Assembly: GCA_963693055.1 (NCBI GenBank)
Contig: OY843751.1
Span: 384,001 to 448,000, forward strand
Source: a bacterium
Lineage (GTDB): Bacteria > Zhuqueibacterota > Zhuqueibacteria > Residuimicrobiales > Krinioviventaceae
Length of the DNA: 64,000 nt
Direction of reading: 5' to 3'
Positions 47,226 through 57,599 of this stretch are shown in pieces (the stretch's first letter is position 1; the number at the start of each line of letters is the position of its first letter). The notes below the pieces were generated by a model that worked only from the letters and a program-made list of their open reading frames with translations, was not told where the DNA came from and made no database searches. A program made the translations under genes and the position numbers.

Positions 47226-48203
47226 TTACTCCTGTTCAAACGCATCCGCATAACGTATAAGCGTTTTCATGTTTTTAGTCTCGAGTTTGCTGTAAATATT
47301 TTTTCGATGTGTTTTGACCGTCAGTGGAGAGATGAACAGGCGTTCTGCAATTTCTTTGGTTGTCATGCCGTGTGCTACCCATCTTAGAATCTCACGTTCA
47401 CGTTTTGAGAGCTGATTGTATTTTTCAATGTTTTTTAGGTAAAATTCATTACTTGAGGATATATGTTCAACTTTCATGTTGCCTACAAGTGTAATAGGAA
47501 ATCCATACTCATCTTTGACTACGCCACACTGATGTTTTAGAATCTGGTATTCACCACGTTTATCTTTGAATCGAAAAGAGATTTTGAATGAATCCTCAAT
47601 TGTTTTTTGATTAAATTTGACCAGTATCTGAGTTATTTTATTAATGTCTTTATTATGTATCCGATTGGCAAACTGTTCAAAAGTGAATAATGCCAGTTCT
47701 TTTGCTGTGTAGCCCAGTTTTTTCTGAATACAGGTGGAGATGAATTTAAATTCATTCAATCTGAGATCAAATCTGTAATAGAGTTCATCCGAGCTGTCTA
47801 GCAATATATTCAACATTGTGGCATTTTCAGAATTCCGGAGTTCGGAAACCTCTTTAATATTTGCTAGTAAATATTTTATATCTTTATTGGGTTCTTGAAT
47901 GGGTACCAGAGTGGCATCATTATAGAAAATGCCATTTGGACACAAGATTAATCCTTCGTCACTGATCGTTTCGCCATAATCAATAACCCGGTGAATGATG
48001 TGCATGCGTTCTTCAAGAATGGATGGTGGTGCGCTAAAAGCAATGTTTTTACCTTGCAGACCTTCCATTTCAAGTCCATAGGCATGATCAAGACGTTTAT
48101 CACTCCAAATCCTATGATAATTTCCGTCATAATCCAGAATTAAAACATAAGCCCCATTTATTGTACTCAAAACTGCCTGTAGCAGATGCTCATTGTCAAC
48201 CAT
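47226..48203 (-). CDS. PAS-domain LuxR family transcriptional regulator
   Basis: Two PAS-like regions; C-terminal LSKREREILRWVAHGMTTKEIAERLFISPLTVKTHRKNIYSKL. Confidence 0.9.
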   Translation of the reverse strand: MVDNEHLLQAVLSTINGAYVLILDYDGNYHRIWSDKRLDHAYGLEMEGLQGKNIAFSAPPSILEERMHIIHRVIDYGETISDEGLILCPNGIFYNDATLVPIQEPNKDIKYLLANIKEVSELRNSENATMLNILLDSSDELYYRFDLRLNEFKFISTCIQKKLGYTAKELALFTFEQFANRIHNKDINKITQILVKFNQKTIEDSFKISFRFKDKRGEYQILKHQCGVVKDEYGFPITLVGNMKVEHISSSNEFYLKNIEKYNQLSKREREILRWVAHGMTTKEIAERLFISPLTVKTHRKNIYSKLETKNMKTLIRYADAFEQE

Positions 48204-48380
48204 AATAGTACTACCTTTTTTTGTACGGTCAATTTATAAAACAATTCAGTACCGTATGCATGCATTTATCCCCTGTAAATTACACATATTGATCGGCGCA
48301 GAACCATTTTGCATATTTTTTGAGTGGAGTAGAATTTTATTATAAGGATGATTTGTGGAAATGTAAAGGAGAAAATAATA

Positions 48381-48414
48381 AAAAAGCCCGGTATTTATGA
48401 AAATACCAGGCTTT
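48381..48414 (-). terminator. Rho-independent terminator of the pheA-pfp unit
   Basis: aaaaagcccggtattt...aaataccaggcttt; T tract on the minus strand. Confidence 0.8.
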
Positions 48415-48426
48415 CGAGATAGTACA

Positions 48427-49713
48427 TTATATTTCTGTAGTCCAGTAGAATTTTTCTTTAAATTCAGCTTCGCTCATTTTTCCAATTTCAGCAAGTTTTT
48501 TTAGCTGGTCTGCATTCTCAAAATCTTTTTTCTGTAGGCGAACCATATAACTGCGGGAAACTTTATAGCTGTCACTTTCGATTTCAACCATACGAACCTG
48601 AGTTTTGTTGGTTTTAGAATCGATCATGTCTTCAAAATAAAGCGGCGTCAGCTTGCCATTTTGTACACAGATCATTGCGTTTTCCTGGTGTGCTGGATCT
48701 TCACTCATCAGATATTGTACCGCATTGTAACCCAGTTCACGAGTATATTCCTGATCAAAGGGGATAGGTGGATTACAGCGTAATACATAGCCGAGGTTTG
48801 ATTCAACGATTGTTAGTTTGTCACCCCGTTCTTCAAAACGACGGGCCAACTCATTTTTAACGATTTTACCAAGGTCAACTTCCGCAAGGCGTAAATGTCC
48901 GTAGCCATCGTATTCTACTTTAACACCCGGAATGGATTCCAATTCTTCGGGATGGAATTTTTCAGCAACACCTTCTGAAATGATTAAAACACCATGATTA
49001 CTGCCAGATGCTTTACGTTTCAGAATGGTACCTTCAAAAATGTCACAAACTTTGCTCAGTTCAATATGTTTTACATCACCAAATTCTTCAGAGATAACGC
49101 AATTGGTTGCACCTGCTGATTTTGCAATACCCAGGCCCAAATGACCGGCATGACGACCCATAGCAACAGCCAGGTACCAGCGTTGGGTGGTTTTGGCATC
49201 TTCCATCAGGTTTTTGATCAGCATAGAGCCAACATGACGCGCGGTTTGATAACCAAATGTGGGAAGATGGTTCGGCAATGGCAAATCATTGTCAATCGTT
49301 TTGGGAACATGCGCAAATTTGATTTTCCCTTCTGCGCCTTTGGCAATTTCGCTGGCACCATAAGAGGTGTCATCGCCACCAATGGTAACCATATATTTAA
49401 TATTGAGTTTGTTGAGGTTGTTAACGCTGTTTTTTACGCCATTTTCAACTTTTGCAGGGTTTGTACGAGAGGTTCTGAGAATAGAACCACCTTCAAAGTG
49501 AATGCGTGAAACATCTTTAATGTGTAGGGGTACTGCATGGTCTAAAAAATCTTGTTCATTATCCTGTACCAGCCATTTATATCCATCATATATACCATAA
49601 ACATCCAGTCCCTGTTGACGTGCGGCAATAGTTACCGCAGAGATCACGCCATTCAAACCGGGAGCAGGACCACCGCCTACCAGAATCCCCAAACTACCTT
49701 TAGGATTACTCAT
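48427..49713 (-). CDS. pfp: Pyrophosphate-dependent phosphofructokinase
   Basis: GGGPAPGLN, GGDDT and PKTIDND (the PPi-specific D and K), MGR. Confidence 0.9.
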   Translation of the reverse strand: MSNPKGSLGILVGGGPAPGLNGVISAVTIAARQQGLDVYGIYDGYKWLVQDNEQDFLDHAVPLHIKDVSRIHFEGGSILRTSRTNPAKVENGVKNSVNNLNKLNIKYMVTIGGDDTSYGASEIAKGAEGKIKFAHVPKTIDNDLPLPNHLPTFGYQTARHVGSMLIKNLMEDAKTTQRWYLAVAMGRHAGHLGLGIAKSAGATNCVISEEFGDVKHIELSKVCDIFEGTILKRKASGSNHGVLIISEGVAEKFHPEELESIPGVKVEYDGYGHLRLAEVDLGKIVKNELARRFEERGDKLTIVESNLGYVLRCNPPIPFDQEYTRELGYNAVQYLMSEDPAHQENAMICVQNGKLTPLYFEDMIDSKTNKTQVRMVEIESDSYKVSRSYMVRLQKKDFENADQLKKLAEIGKMSEAEFKEKFYWTTEI

Positions 49714-49726
49714 TCTGTTGACTCCT

Positions 49727-50587
49727 TTACTTTGATTTATTTTTATTGTTTTCTTGAGAATAGCCCGAAGGATATGATCCCAGGACCTTTAAAAGATTAG
49801 TAATTTCTTCAAGATGCCTTATAGCATTTTGACAACGTTCTTCAACCATATCTCCTGCAAAATCCAGATAAAAGATATAAGCCCAGGGTTTACCGCGTAA
49901 AGGACGGGACTCGATCTTAACCAGATCTATATCTCGCAGGGAAAAAACACTCAAAGCCTTGAATAACGCACCGGGAATGTTTTTCATGGAAAAAACAACC
50001 GAAGTTTTATCTGGTGTGTCAAATTTTTGAGGCTCTTGGGAAAGAACGTAAAAACGGGTAAAGTTTTCAGGAATGTCTTCTATCTCTTCTTTAAGGATTT
50101 GCATTCCATAGGTATCTGCGGCAAGTTTACTTGCTATTGCAGCTGCATTTAGCATCTTTTTATCGCGGATCATTGCCACGCTACCCGCGGTATCATAACT
50201 GGCTACCGGCTCTACATTTTCAAGCGATGTCAGGAAAAGCCGACATTGTTCAAGCGCCTGGGGATGTGAGTAAATGGTATCAATATCCTTTATTTGTGTG
50301 CCGGGATTAGCGATCAAATGCTGCTCTACTCGCAAAAAGACTTCACCCACAATTTTCAGATCATGTTCAAGTAAAAGATCAAAATTTCGATGAATACTAC
50401 CGGTTAGCGAGTTTTCCATTGGAACAACACCAAAAGCGGCTTTGCCGGCTTCAACGGTTTGAAAAACATCCTCAAAGGCTTTGCAAGGCACGCATTCAAT
50501 ATCCTCACCAAAAAATTGTTTTGAGGCCATCTCGCTGAATGCGTAGCGAGCCCCTTGAAACGCGATACGTTTTGACATATTTTCCAT
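49727..50587 (-). CDS. pheA: Prephenate dehydratase (PDT plus ACT, no chorismate mutase domain)
   Basis: IAFQG...FSE, PMENS, SHPQALEQC, NFTRF, KIESRP, LGSY. Confidence 0.94.
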   Translation of the reverse strand: MENMSKRIAFQGARYAFSEMASKQFFGEDIECVPCKAFEDVFQTVEAGKAAFGVVPMENSLTGSIHRNFDLLLEHDLKIVGEVFLRVEQHLIANPGTQIKDIDTIYSHPQALEQCRLFLTSLENVEPVASYDTAGSVAMIRDKKMLNAAAIASKLAADTYGMQILKEEIEDIPENFTRFYVLSQEPQKFDTPDKTSVVFSMKNIPGALFKALSVFSLRDIDLVKIESRPLRGKPWAYIFYLDFAGDMVEERCQNAIRHLEEITNLLKVLGSYPSGYSQENNKNKSK

Positions 50588-50777
50588 TCTTTTTAAATAG
50601 ATAAAATATATGAATCTATAATGTAAAAAATAATTTTAAAAAAATCAAGTATGATAAGAATAGAGGGTGTTAATCGCTCTGTACAAAAGGGGTTATTTTG
50701 TGTTGCTTTTGAAAGCCTAAACAGTTATATTTATAGGATATATTCATAATTCTGTGCATTTGAATAAATTTGTGCGA

Positions 50778-51968
50778 ATGAAAATGAAACTTCAAATATC
50801 ACTATATATATTGTTCTTTGCAGTGGGATGCTTGTTTCCACAATCGGGTATGCAATCGATCCAACAGCGGGAAGAATTGAAAAAAATCCGCAATCAGATT
50901 GAGCAGTATGAAAAAGAGATCAATGAAAAAAAATCTGTTGAAGCTAATGCGATTGAATTGATTTCTGACTTGGATAGGGAAATTACGGTTACAAAATCAT
51001 TTATCAAAAATCTGCGTACAGATATTAGTAAACGCGAACGTCAGGTTGGTCAACGGCAAAAAGAGATAAATGAAATAAATCAAAAGATTGAAAAATTGCG
51101 GGAACAGGCAAAAAAACGGATTGTAGCATTTTATAAACACGGAAAACGGCAGCAATTTGAATTATTGTTGGCCAGTGATAGCTTTTCTCAGGTAAAAACC
51201 TGGTTGAAATATCAAAAGCTTATTTCGCATAATGATCAACGATTGTATCAATCTTTGATTGAGAGTGTTGATCAATTGCAGCGTGGTAAACAATATCTTC
51301 AGGCCGAGATTTATGAAAAAGAACGCAATATAAGCGAGAGACACAAAGAAGAGGCTCAGTTGCACCAGAGTCGACAAAAACGCAACGAGTTGTTGACCAA
51401 AGTGCAAAATGATACACGGTTGCTTGAAAAACATTTGAACGAGCTGCGTGAATCTCAACGGCAGGTCCGAAATTTTATTTCGCAAAATGAAGAGAGGCGT
51501 TTAACCCGGCAGGCACGGAAAATTGAGCCAACACGTGAACAAACACCGGTTTTAAAACGTGACGGTACGTTTGCAAGTTTAAAGGGAAATCTGCCTTGGC
51601 CTGCCAAAGGTAGAATAACCAGTAAATTTGGTCGTCATAAACACCCGATTTACAAGACCGTAACAGAGAATCTGGGAATAGAGATTCAGGCTCCAATGGG
51701 AACACCTGTTGTTTCTGTAGATCAGGGGCAGGTGCAAACCATAACCTGGCAGCGTGGATTGGGAAATATTGTTATAATTAGTCACGATGACGGTTATTAT
51801 ACTGTTTATGCGCATCTTGACGAGATTCAAGTCAGCCCAATGCAACAGGTAACCCAGGGTGAAGTGATTGGCACCGTGGGAGATACAGGTTCCATGAGTG
51901 GACCGATTTTACAGTTCCAAATATGGAAAAATACAGACAGTATGAATCCGGAAGACTGGATTGGTTAA
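50778..51968 (+). CDS. envC: Murein hydrolase activator EnvC-like (coiled coil plus degenerate M23 domain)
   Basis: Signal peptide, long coiled coil, KGNLPWP..G.I..KFG, YYTVYAHL; zinc ligands lost (NLGIEI, ILQFQI). Confidence 0.82.
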   Translation: MKMKLQISLYILFFAVGCLFPQSGMQSIQQREELKKIRNQIEQYEKEINEKKSVEANAIELISDLDREITVTKSFIKNLRTDISKRERQVGQRQKEINEINQKIEKLREQAKKRIVAFYKHGKRQQFELLLASDSFSQVKTWLKYQKLISHNDQRLYQSLIESVDQLQRGKQYLQAEIYEKERNISERHKEEAQLHQSRQKRNELLTKVQNDTRLLEKHLNELRESQRQVRNFISQNEERRLTRQARKIEPTREQTPVLKRDGTFASLKGNLPWPAKGRITSKFGRHKHPIYKTVTENLGIEIQAPMGTPVVSVDQGQVQTITWQRGLGNIVIISHDDGYYTVYAHLDEIQVSPMQQVTQGEVIGTVGDTGSMSGPILQFQIWKNTDSMNPEDWIG

Positions 51969-51988
51969 TATAGAGCTATTTTTTTATT

Positions 51989-53068
51989 ATGTTTGAACGA
52001 ATAATTGGGCAAAGCCGCCCCAAAGATATAATACAGCGGGCATTAAAAAATGACCGTATTCCACATGCATATTTGTTCAGCGGCCCTGAAGGTGTAGGTA
52101 AAGAGGCTATGGCCATTGAACTGGCCAAAGCATTGTATTGTACCGATACTGAAAATCGTCCCTGCAATAGCTGCTCAAATTGTCAACGGATTGGTGCTTT
52201 TGAGCATCCGGATATTCATTTCCTGTTTCCGGCACCCAAAAGTGCGACAATTGATGATGAACGACAAATTCTGGACAGCTTGGGCGAAAATCCATATGCA
52301 CGCAAAAAGCCTTGGGCTAATCCCAATATCAGCATTGATAAAATTCGGGAAATACGCCGGGTTAGCGCCATGAAACCCATGGAAGGTTTGCGTGTGGTAA
52401 TCATTTCGGATGCGGATACCATGAATGTGCAGGCAGCAAATGCGTTGCTCAAGATTTTAGAGGAACCGCCCCCAGCCATGCATTTGATATTGATCACTTC
52501 GCGGGTCAATGCGTTGTTACAGACAATTATATCTAGATGTCAGGAAATTCGTTTCTCGGCACTCTCTGATACAGAGATTGCTGAATCTCTTGTGGCTTTT
52601 GAACAGTTAGAGCCAGACAAGGCTGATATTATTTCGCGAATCAGTCAGGGAAGTTATGGTCGTGCACTTGAATGGCTTGATGAATCCTTTGAACTGCGCC
52701 GTGAAATGGCTATCCAGCTTTTACGTGCCAGCTTGAAAAGACCATCGAACCAGTTTGAAATAATTGCGGATTTGTTGGATAATTTTGATAAAAAGATGAT
52801 CAGAGATATTTTGGGGCTGATTTTGATCTGGTTTCGTGATTCCTTGATCTATATTAACAGTCATGATACTGCACAGCAACATCTGGTAAATCTTGATAAA
52901 ATAGATATTCTTGATAAATTTGTAAATACTTTTGAGTATATTGACATACAGAAAATAATTCAGCGAATTGAATATTCAATTCAACTTGTAGACCGTAATG
53001 CACAATTGAACCTGGTGCTATATGTTTTATTAACATACATCCAGGACAATTTTAGAATAAAAAGGTAA
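51989..53068 (+). CDS. holB: DNA polymerase III subunit delta'
   Basis: HAYLFSGPEGVGK, Cys4 cluster, HPD, AANALLKILEEPP, TIISRCQ. Confidence 0.93.
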   Translation: MFERIIGQSRPKDIIQRALKNDRIPHAYLFSGPEGVGKEAMAIELAKALYCTDTENRPCNSCSNCQRIGAFEHPDIHFLFPAPKSATIDDERQILDSLGENPYARKKPWANPNISIDKIREIRRVSAMKPMEGLRVVIISDADTMNVQAANALLKILEEPPPAMHLILITSRVNALLQTIISRCQEIRFSALSDTEIAESLVAFEQLEPDKADIISRISQGSYGRALEWLDESFELRREMAIQLLRASLKRPSNQFEIIADLLDNFDKKMIRDILGLILIWFRDSLIYINSHDTAQQHLVNLDKIDILDKFVNTFEYIDIQKIIQRIEYSIQLVDRNAQLNLVLYVLLTYIQDNFRIKR

Positions 53069-53073
53069 TATAG

Positions 53074-53922
53074 ATGATTGAAGTGGTTTTCAAAGGGGAA
53101 CGGAAGGATATATATCACAACCCGCAGGAATTTCCATTCAAGGTGGGTGATTTTGTTATAGTAGAAGCAGAAAAAGGTGAAGATTTGGGCCTGATTAACC
53201 AGATTGGGTCTCGCCTTGAACGCAAAAAAGCAGATAAAGTGATTCGTAATATTATCCGCAAGCCTATGAAAAAAGACATGGAGCGGTATTACAATAATTT
53301 CCGTAAAGAAAAAGACGCCTACAAGGTTTGTCGTAAAAAGATATCTGAACACGGTTTGGATATGAAATTGGTTGGTGTTGAATACCAGTTTGACGGACAA
53401 AAGATTACATTCTATTTTACAGCAGATCAGCGTGTGGATTTTAGAGAACTGGTAAAGGAACTTGCCAGCATCTACAAAGTAAGAATAGAGCTTCGGCAGA
53501 TCGGTGTGCGTGATGAAGCCAAGCGTATTGGCGGCCATGGAACGTGCGGAAGAAAATTATGTTGTACCACTTTTTTAAAAGAGTTTGAACCCATTACAAC
53601 CCAGTGTGCCAAAGAGCAGAACCTGCCCTTGAATCCGCAAAAGCTGTCAGGTTTGTGTGGTCGCTTGCTGTGTTGTTTAATGTATGAGCGCGAGTTCTAT
53701 CGTGAGCAGAACGAAAAGCTTCCACCAATAGGAACCCGTTATAAAATGAAAAATGGTAATGCGCTTGTTATAGAGTTGGATGTTTTTAAAGAGCAGGTTA
53801 CACTGCACTTGCCAGATGATAAACGGGAAAAATTTGACGTCAAAGATCTTGAGCAATACGAGTGTATTCCTGTTGAACCTGAAGAAGAGCAGGTTACAGA
53901 AGAAAATGAAAAAAACGCATAA
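53074..53922 (+). CDS. ricT: PSP1-domain protein (RicT/YaaT)
   Basis: FYFTADQRVDFRELVK, RQIGVRDEAK, CGRKLCC, SGLCGRLLCCL.YE. Confidence 0.93.
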   Translation: MIEVVFKGERKDIYHNPQEFPFKVGDFVIVEAEKGEDLGLINQIGSRLERKKADKVIRNIIRKPMKKDMERYYNNFRKEKDAYKVCRKKISEHGLDMKLVGVEYQFDGQKITFYFTADQRVDFRELVKELASIYKVRIELRQIGVRDEAKRIGGHGTCGRKLCCTTFLKEFEPITTQCAKEQNLPLNPQKLSGLCGRLLCCLMYEREFYREQNEKLPPIGTRYKMKNGNALVIELDVFKEQVTLHLPDDKREKFDVKDLEQYECIPVEPEEEQVTEENEKNA

Positions 53923-53943
53923 TATCTGGAAAGATTGATTTAC

Positions 53944-55995
53944 ATGAAAGAGTATAAACGAATACTGGTTACCAGTGCTTTGCCTTATGCCAATGGTCCC
54001 ATTCACCTGGGGCACCTTGCAGGTGCATATTTACCTGCCGATGTTTACGTGAGATATCAACGACTCAAAAAACAGGATGTGATCTATATCTGTGGATCCG
54101 ATGAGCATGGTGTACCAATTACTATTGCTGCTGAAAAGAAAAATGTTTCTCCTCAACAGATTGTGGATGAATTCCATTTTCGCAATAAAAAAGCCTTTGA
54201 GGGCTTTGGTATGTCATTTGATTATTATGGCCGTACCAGTTCTAAAATGCACCACGAAACTTCGCAGGAAATTTTTAAAAAGCTGCATGATAAGGGCATA
54301 TTCAAGTTAAAAAAAGAGAAACAGCTTTACGATCCCAAAGCTGATATGTTTTTGGCTGACCGGTATGTAAAAGGTACGTGCCCGCATTGCTCTTATGCGG
54401 AAGCATATGGGGATCAGTGTGAAAAATGCGGTACATCTTTGTCGCCATCCGAATTGATTGATCCCAAAAGTGCGTTGAGCGGAGAAACCCCGGAAATGCG
54501 TGAAACCGAACACTGGTACATTCCTCTTGGTGATTTTCAAAAAGAGGTGGAAGACTGGATCAATACAAAGTCAAACTGGAAAACCAATGTGCTGGGCCAG
54601 GTAAAAAGCTGGTTGAATGATGGTTTGGCAGACCGTGCGGTAACCCGTGACCTACGTTGGGGCGTGGACGTTCCTTTGGAAAATGCTCAGGGTAAGGTTT
54701 TGTATGTATGGTTTGACGCGCCTATTGGGTATATTTCTGCTACTAAAGAATGGTCTCTTGAAAAAGGTGATGCTGATTCATGGAAAACCTATTGGCAGGA
54801 TGATGAAACCAAGCTGGTCCATTTTATTGGCAAAGATAATATTGTATTTCACTGTATCATGTTCCCGGCAACTCTGATGGAGCTGGGTGACTATGTTTTA
54901 CCGGATAATGTGCCTGCGAATGAGTTTTTGAATCTTGAAGGAAACAAGCTGTCTACCAGCAAGAATTACGCGGTATGGCTTGAAGATTATCTGGAAACTT
55001 TTGAGGTTGATCCGCTGCGCTATTATCTGGCTGTAAATGCTCCCGAAACCAAAGATGCTGATTTTACCTGGCAGGAATTTCAACAGCGAAATAACAGCGA
55101 ACTGGCTGATATACTTGGCAATTTTATCAACCGTACACTAACTTTTGCGGGCAAGCAATTTGATGGTAAAGTACCTGCACGTGGAGAGCTGGATGAGAAT
55201 GATAAACAGATGATTGCTGTGTTGCAGGAAGCCCCTGAAAAAGTTGGTGGTTTTTTGGAAAATTACGAGTTGCGCAAGGCTATTTATGCGTTCATGGATG
55301 TAGGTCGTGCAGCTAACAAGTATTTTAATGACCAGGAGCCCTGGGTTACTGCCAAGTCGAACCGTGAGAAATGTGCTACGACTTTGAATATATGTATACA
55401 TGCTGTCAAGACACTTGCTGTTTTAATGGCACCATTTTTACCTTTCTCTGCTAAAAAAGCATGGGAAATATTGGCATTAGATTCTGATATTGAAAAGTAT
55501 AACTGGGATTCTGCCGGTGATCTGGATTTGCCGGATGGACATGCTTATGGTAAAGTATCTATTCTGTTTAGAAAAATAGAGGACAGTGAAATAGAACCCC
55601 AGGTAGAGCGTTTGAAAAAAATTCAGTCTGCATTGAACGGTAAAGTGCAGGAAGAAAAACCCGAAAAGCCCAAAATAGCTTATGACGATTTTGCTAAAGT
55701 AGAGTTAAAAGTCGCGCGTGTTTTGGCTGCTGAAAAAGTGAAAAAAGCTGACAAGTTGTTAAAATTACAGATAGAGATTGGCGGTCATGAACGGCAAATC
55801 ATTGCCGGTATTGCTCAAAAATATACTCCTGAAGAAATGGTTGGGAAAAAGATCATAGTGGTTGCTAATCTGGAACCGGCTAAAATTCGCGGTGAAGTAT
55901 CGAACGGAATGCTGCTGGCGGCAACAGATGATGATGGAAATTTCAGCTTGCTGGGACTAGACCGTGACGTGGAAAGCGGAGCGGGCATCAAGTGA
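53944..55995 (+). CDS. metG: Methionine--tRNA ligase with C-terminal tRNA-binding domain
   Basis: ALPYANGPIHLGH, GSDEHG, Zn knuckle, YVWFDA, KLSTS, C-terminal OB fold. Confidence 0.97.
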   Translation: MKEYKRILVTSALPYANGPIHLGHLAGAYLPADVYVRYQRLKKQDVIYICGSDEHGVPITIAAEKKNVSPQQIVDEFHFRNKKAFEGFGMSFDYYGRTSSKMHHETSQEIFKKLHDKGIFKLKKEKQLYDPKADMFLADRYVKGTCPHCSYAEAYGDQCEKCGTSLSPSELIDPKSALSGETPEMRETEHWYIPLGDFQKEVEDWINTKSNWKTNVLGQVKSWLNDGLADRAVTRDLRWGVDVPLENAQGKVLYVWFDAPIGYISATKEWSLEKGDADSWKTYWQDDETKLVHFIGKDNIVFHCIMFPATLMELGDYVLPDNVPANEFLNLEGNKLSTSKNYAVWLEDYLETFEVDPLRYYLAVNAPETKDADFTWQEFQQRNNSELADILGNFINRTLTFAGKQFDGKVPARGELDENDKQMIAVLQEAPEKVGGFLENYELRKAIYAFMDVGRAANKYFNDQEPWVTAKSNREKCATTLNICIHAVKTLAVLMAPFLPFSAKKAWEILALDSDIEKYNWDSAGDLDLPDGHAYGKVSILFRKIEDSEIEPQVERLKKIQSALNGKVQEEKPEKPKIAYDDFAKVELKVARVLAAEKVKKADKLLKLQIEIGGHERQIIAGIAQKYTPEEMVGKKIIVVANLEPAKIRGEVSNGMLLAATDDDGNFSLLGLDRDVESGAGIK

Positions 55996-56780
55996 CAAAA
56001 GTTATTGATACGCATACACACCTTGATTTTCATCAGTTTGATGCAGACCGTGATGATGTGATCTGTCGTGCAAAAGAAGCTGATGTTGCAGCAATGATTA
56101 CCATTGGCATTGATCGCCAGACTAGTGAAAAATCGGTGCAAATTGCTACAGAGAATGTAAATGTGTTCGCTGCTGTGGGAGTTCATCCGCATGATGCGGG
56201 GGCGATAAAAGAAGGCGATCTGGAGGCTTTGCGAGAGCTTGCAGAACACCCCAAAACAGTAGCCATTGGTGAGATTGGTCTTGATTATTATCGTAATCTC
56301 ACACCACCGGAAACACAACGCAAAGTGTTGAAAACGTTCCTTGAAATGGCAAAAGACCTGGACAAGCCGGTCATTATACATACCCGTGAAGCGGATGATG
56401 ATATTATCTCTATTCTCAAAGAGTATGGAAGGCAAAGCTGGCGTGGTGTGTTTCATTGTTTTTCCGGTGATGTGGAAATGGCTAAAAAGGTGATCGATAT
56501 GGGTTTCCTGGTTTCGTTTACCGGAAACATAACTTTTAAAAAGTCCACTTCAGCCTTAGTTGCAGCAAAGCTTCCATTGGAAAAATTGATGGTTGAAACC
56601 GATTGTCCCTTTATGGCGCCTGTGCCGAATCGCGGCAAACGCAACGAACCTGCTTTTGTTCAATATGTTGCACAAAAGCTTGCGGAATTGCAAAACAAGC
56701 GTTATGATGATGTAGCACGCATTACTACAGAAAATGCAATAAATCTTTTTGGTTTAACGTTAGAGGTTGAAAGGGAATGA
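55992..56780 (+). CDS. tatD: TatD family hydrolase
   Basis: IDTHTHL, GVHPH, AIGEIGLDY, IHTREA, VFHCF, VETDCP, GKRNEP. Confidence 0.94.
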   Translation: MTKVIDTHTHLDFHQFDADRDDVICRAKEADVAAMITIGIDRQTSEKSVQIATENVNVFAAVGVHPHDAGAIKEGDLEALRELAEHPKTVAIGEIGLDYYRNLTPPETQRKVLKTFLEMAKDLDKPVIIHTREADDDIISILKEYGRQSWRGVFHCFSGDVEMAKKVIDMGFLVSFTGNITFKKSTSALVAAKLPLEKLMVETDCPFMAPVPNRGKRNEPAFVQYVAQKLAELQNKRYDDVARITTENAINLFGLTLEVERE

Positions 56781-57568
56781 TTCCCCGATCCGAAAAGAAA
56801 CCAAAACAGAGTTTGGGCCAGAATTTTCTGGTAGATGCCAATGTTGCAAACAATATTGTAGATGCATTTAATTTGAGCAATACGGATACTGCATTAGAGA
56901 TTGGTCCGGGGCCGGGAGTGTTAACCCAACGAATCTTGACGCGTATAAAAAAATTAATTGCTGTAGAAATAGATGGTCCCCTGGCAGAGAGTTTAAATCT
57001 GCGTTTTGGAGATTTGAGTAGTTTTGTACTTCACCATTGTGATTTTTTGAAATTTGATATGGGCCTGGTCCCTGAATCTGATATACGGGTAATTGGTAAT
57101 ATTCCGTACAATATAACAAGCCCGATTTTTTTCAAGGTGTTGGAAGCGCGCAATAAAGTACGGGATCTGACCATGCTGATCCAAAAAGAAGTGGCTATTC
57201 GTATTGTATCTAAACCCAATACCAAAGAATATGGTATTATGGCTGTCATGAGCCAGGCATATGCGGATGTAGAAATTTTGATGCACGTCCCCAAAACTGT
57301 TTTTCGTCCGCGGCCTAAAATTGATTCGTCACTTGTAAGATGGACGTTTCACGACAAATTTGCAAAGGATATTGAGAATCCGGTATTGTTTAATGCTCTT
57401 GTGCGTCAGGCATTTGGTCAGCGCCGGAAGATGATGCGAAACACTTTGAAAGAATATTATGAGCAAGATCCCGAATTGTGGGATTTTACCAAAAGACCGG
57501 AGCAGCTTTCTGTAATCGACTGGATTGAACTGTCCAACCGGATACATTCTATGCAGACTCCACCTTGA
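56777..57568 (+). CDS. rsmA: 16S rRNA m6,2A dimethyltransferase
   Basis: SLGQNFL, LEIGPGPG, GNIPYNIT, QKEVA, F.QRRK. Confidence 0.96.
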   Translation: MIPRSEKKPKQSLGQNFLVDANVANNIVDAFNLSNTDTALEIGPGPGVLTQRILTRIKKLIAVEIDGPLAESLNLRFGDLSSFVLHHCDFLKFDMGLVPESDIRVIGNIPYNITSPIFFKVLEARNKVRDLTMLIQKEVAIRIVSKPNTKEYGIMAVMSQAYADVEILMHVPKTVFRPRPKIDSSLVRWTFHDKFAKDIENPVLFNALVRQAFGQRRKMMRNTLKEYYEQDPELWDFTKRPEQLSVIDWIELSNRIHSMQTPP

Positions 57569-57599
57569 TAAAATATTAACCCCTAAAGAGGGCTGTGAT

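Noticed and set aside
50778-51968. M23 peptidase lacking zinc ligands as a novelty
   Set aside because: Loss of these ligands is the normal state of EnvC-type amidase activators.
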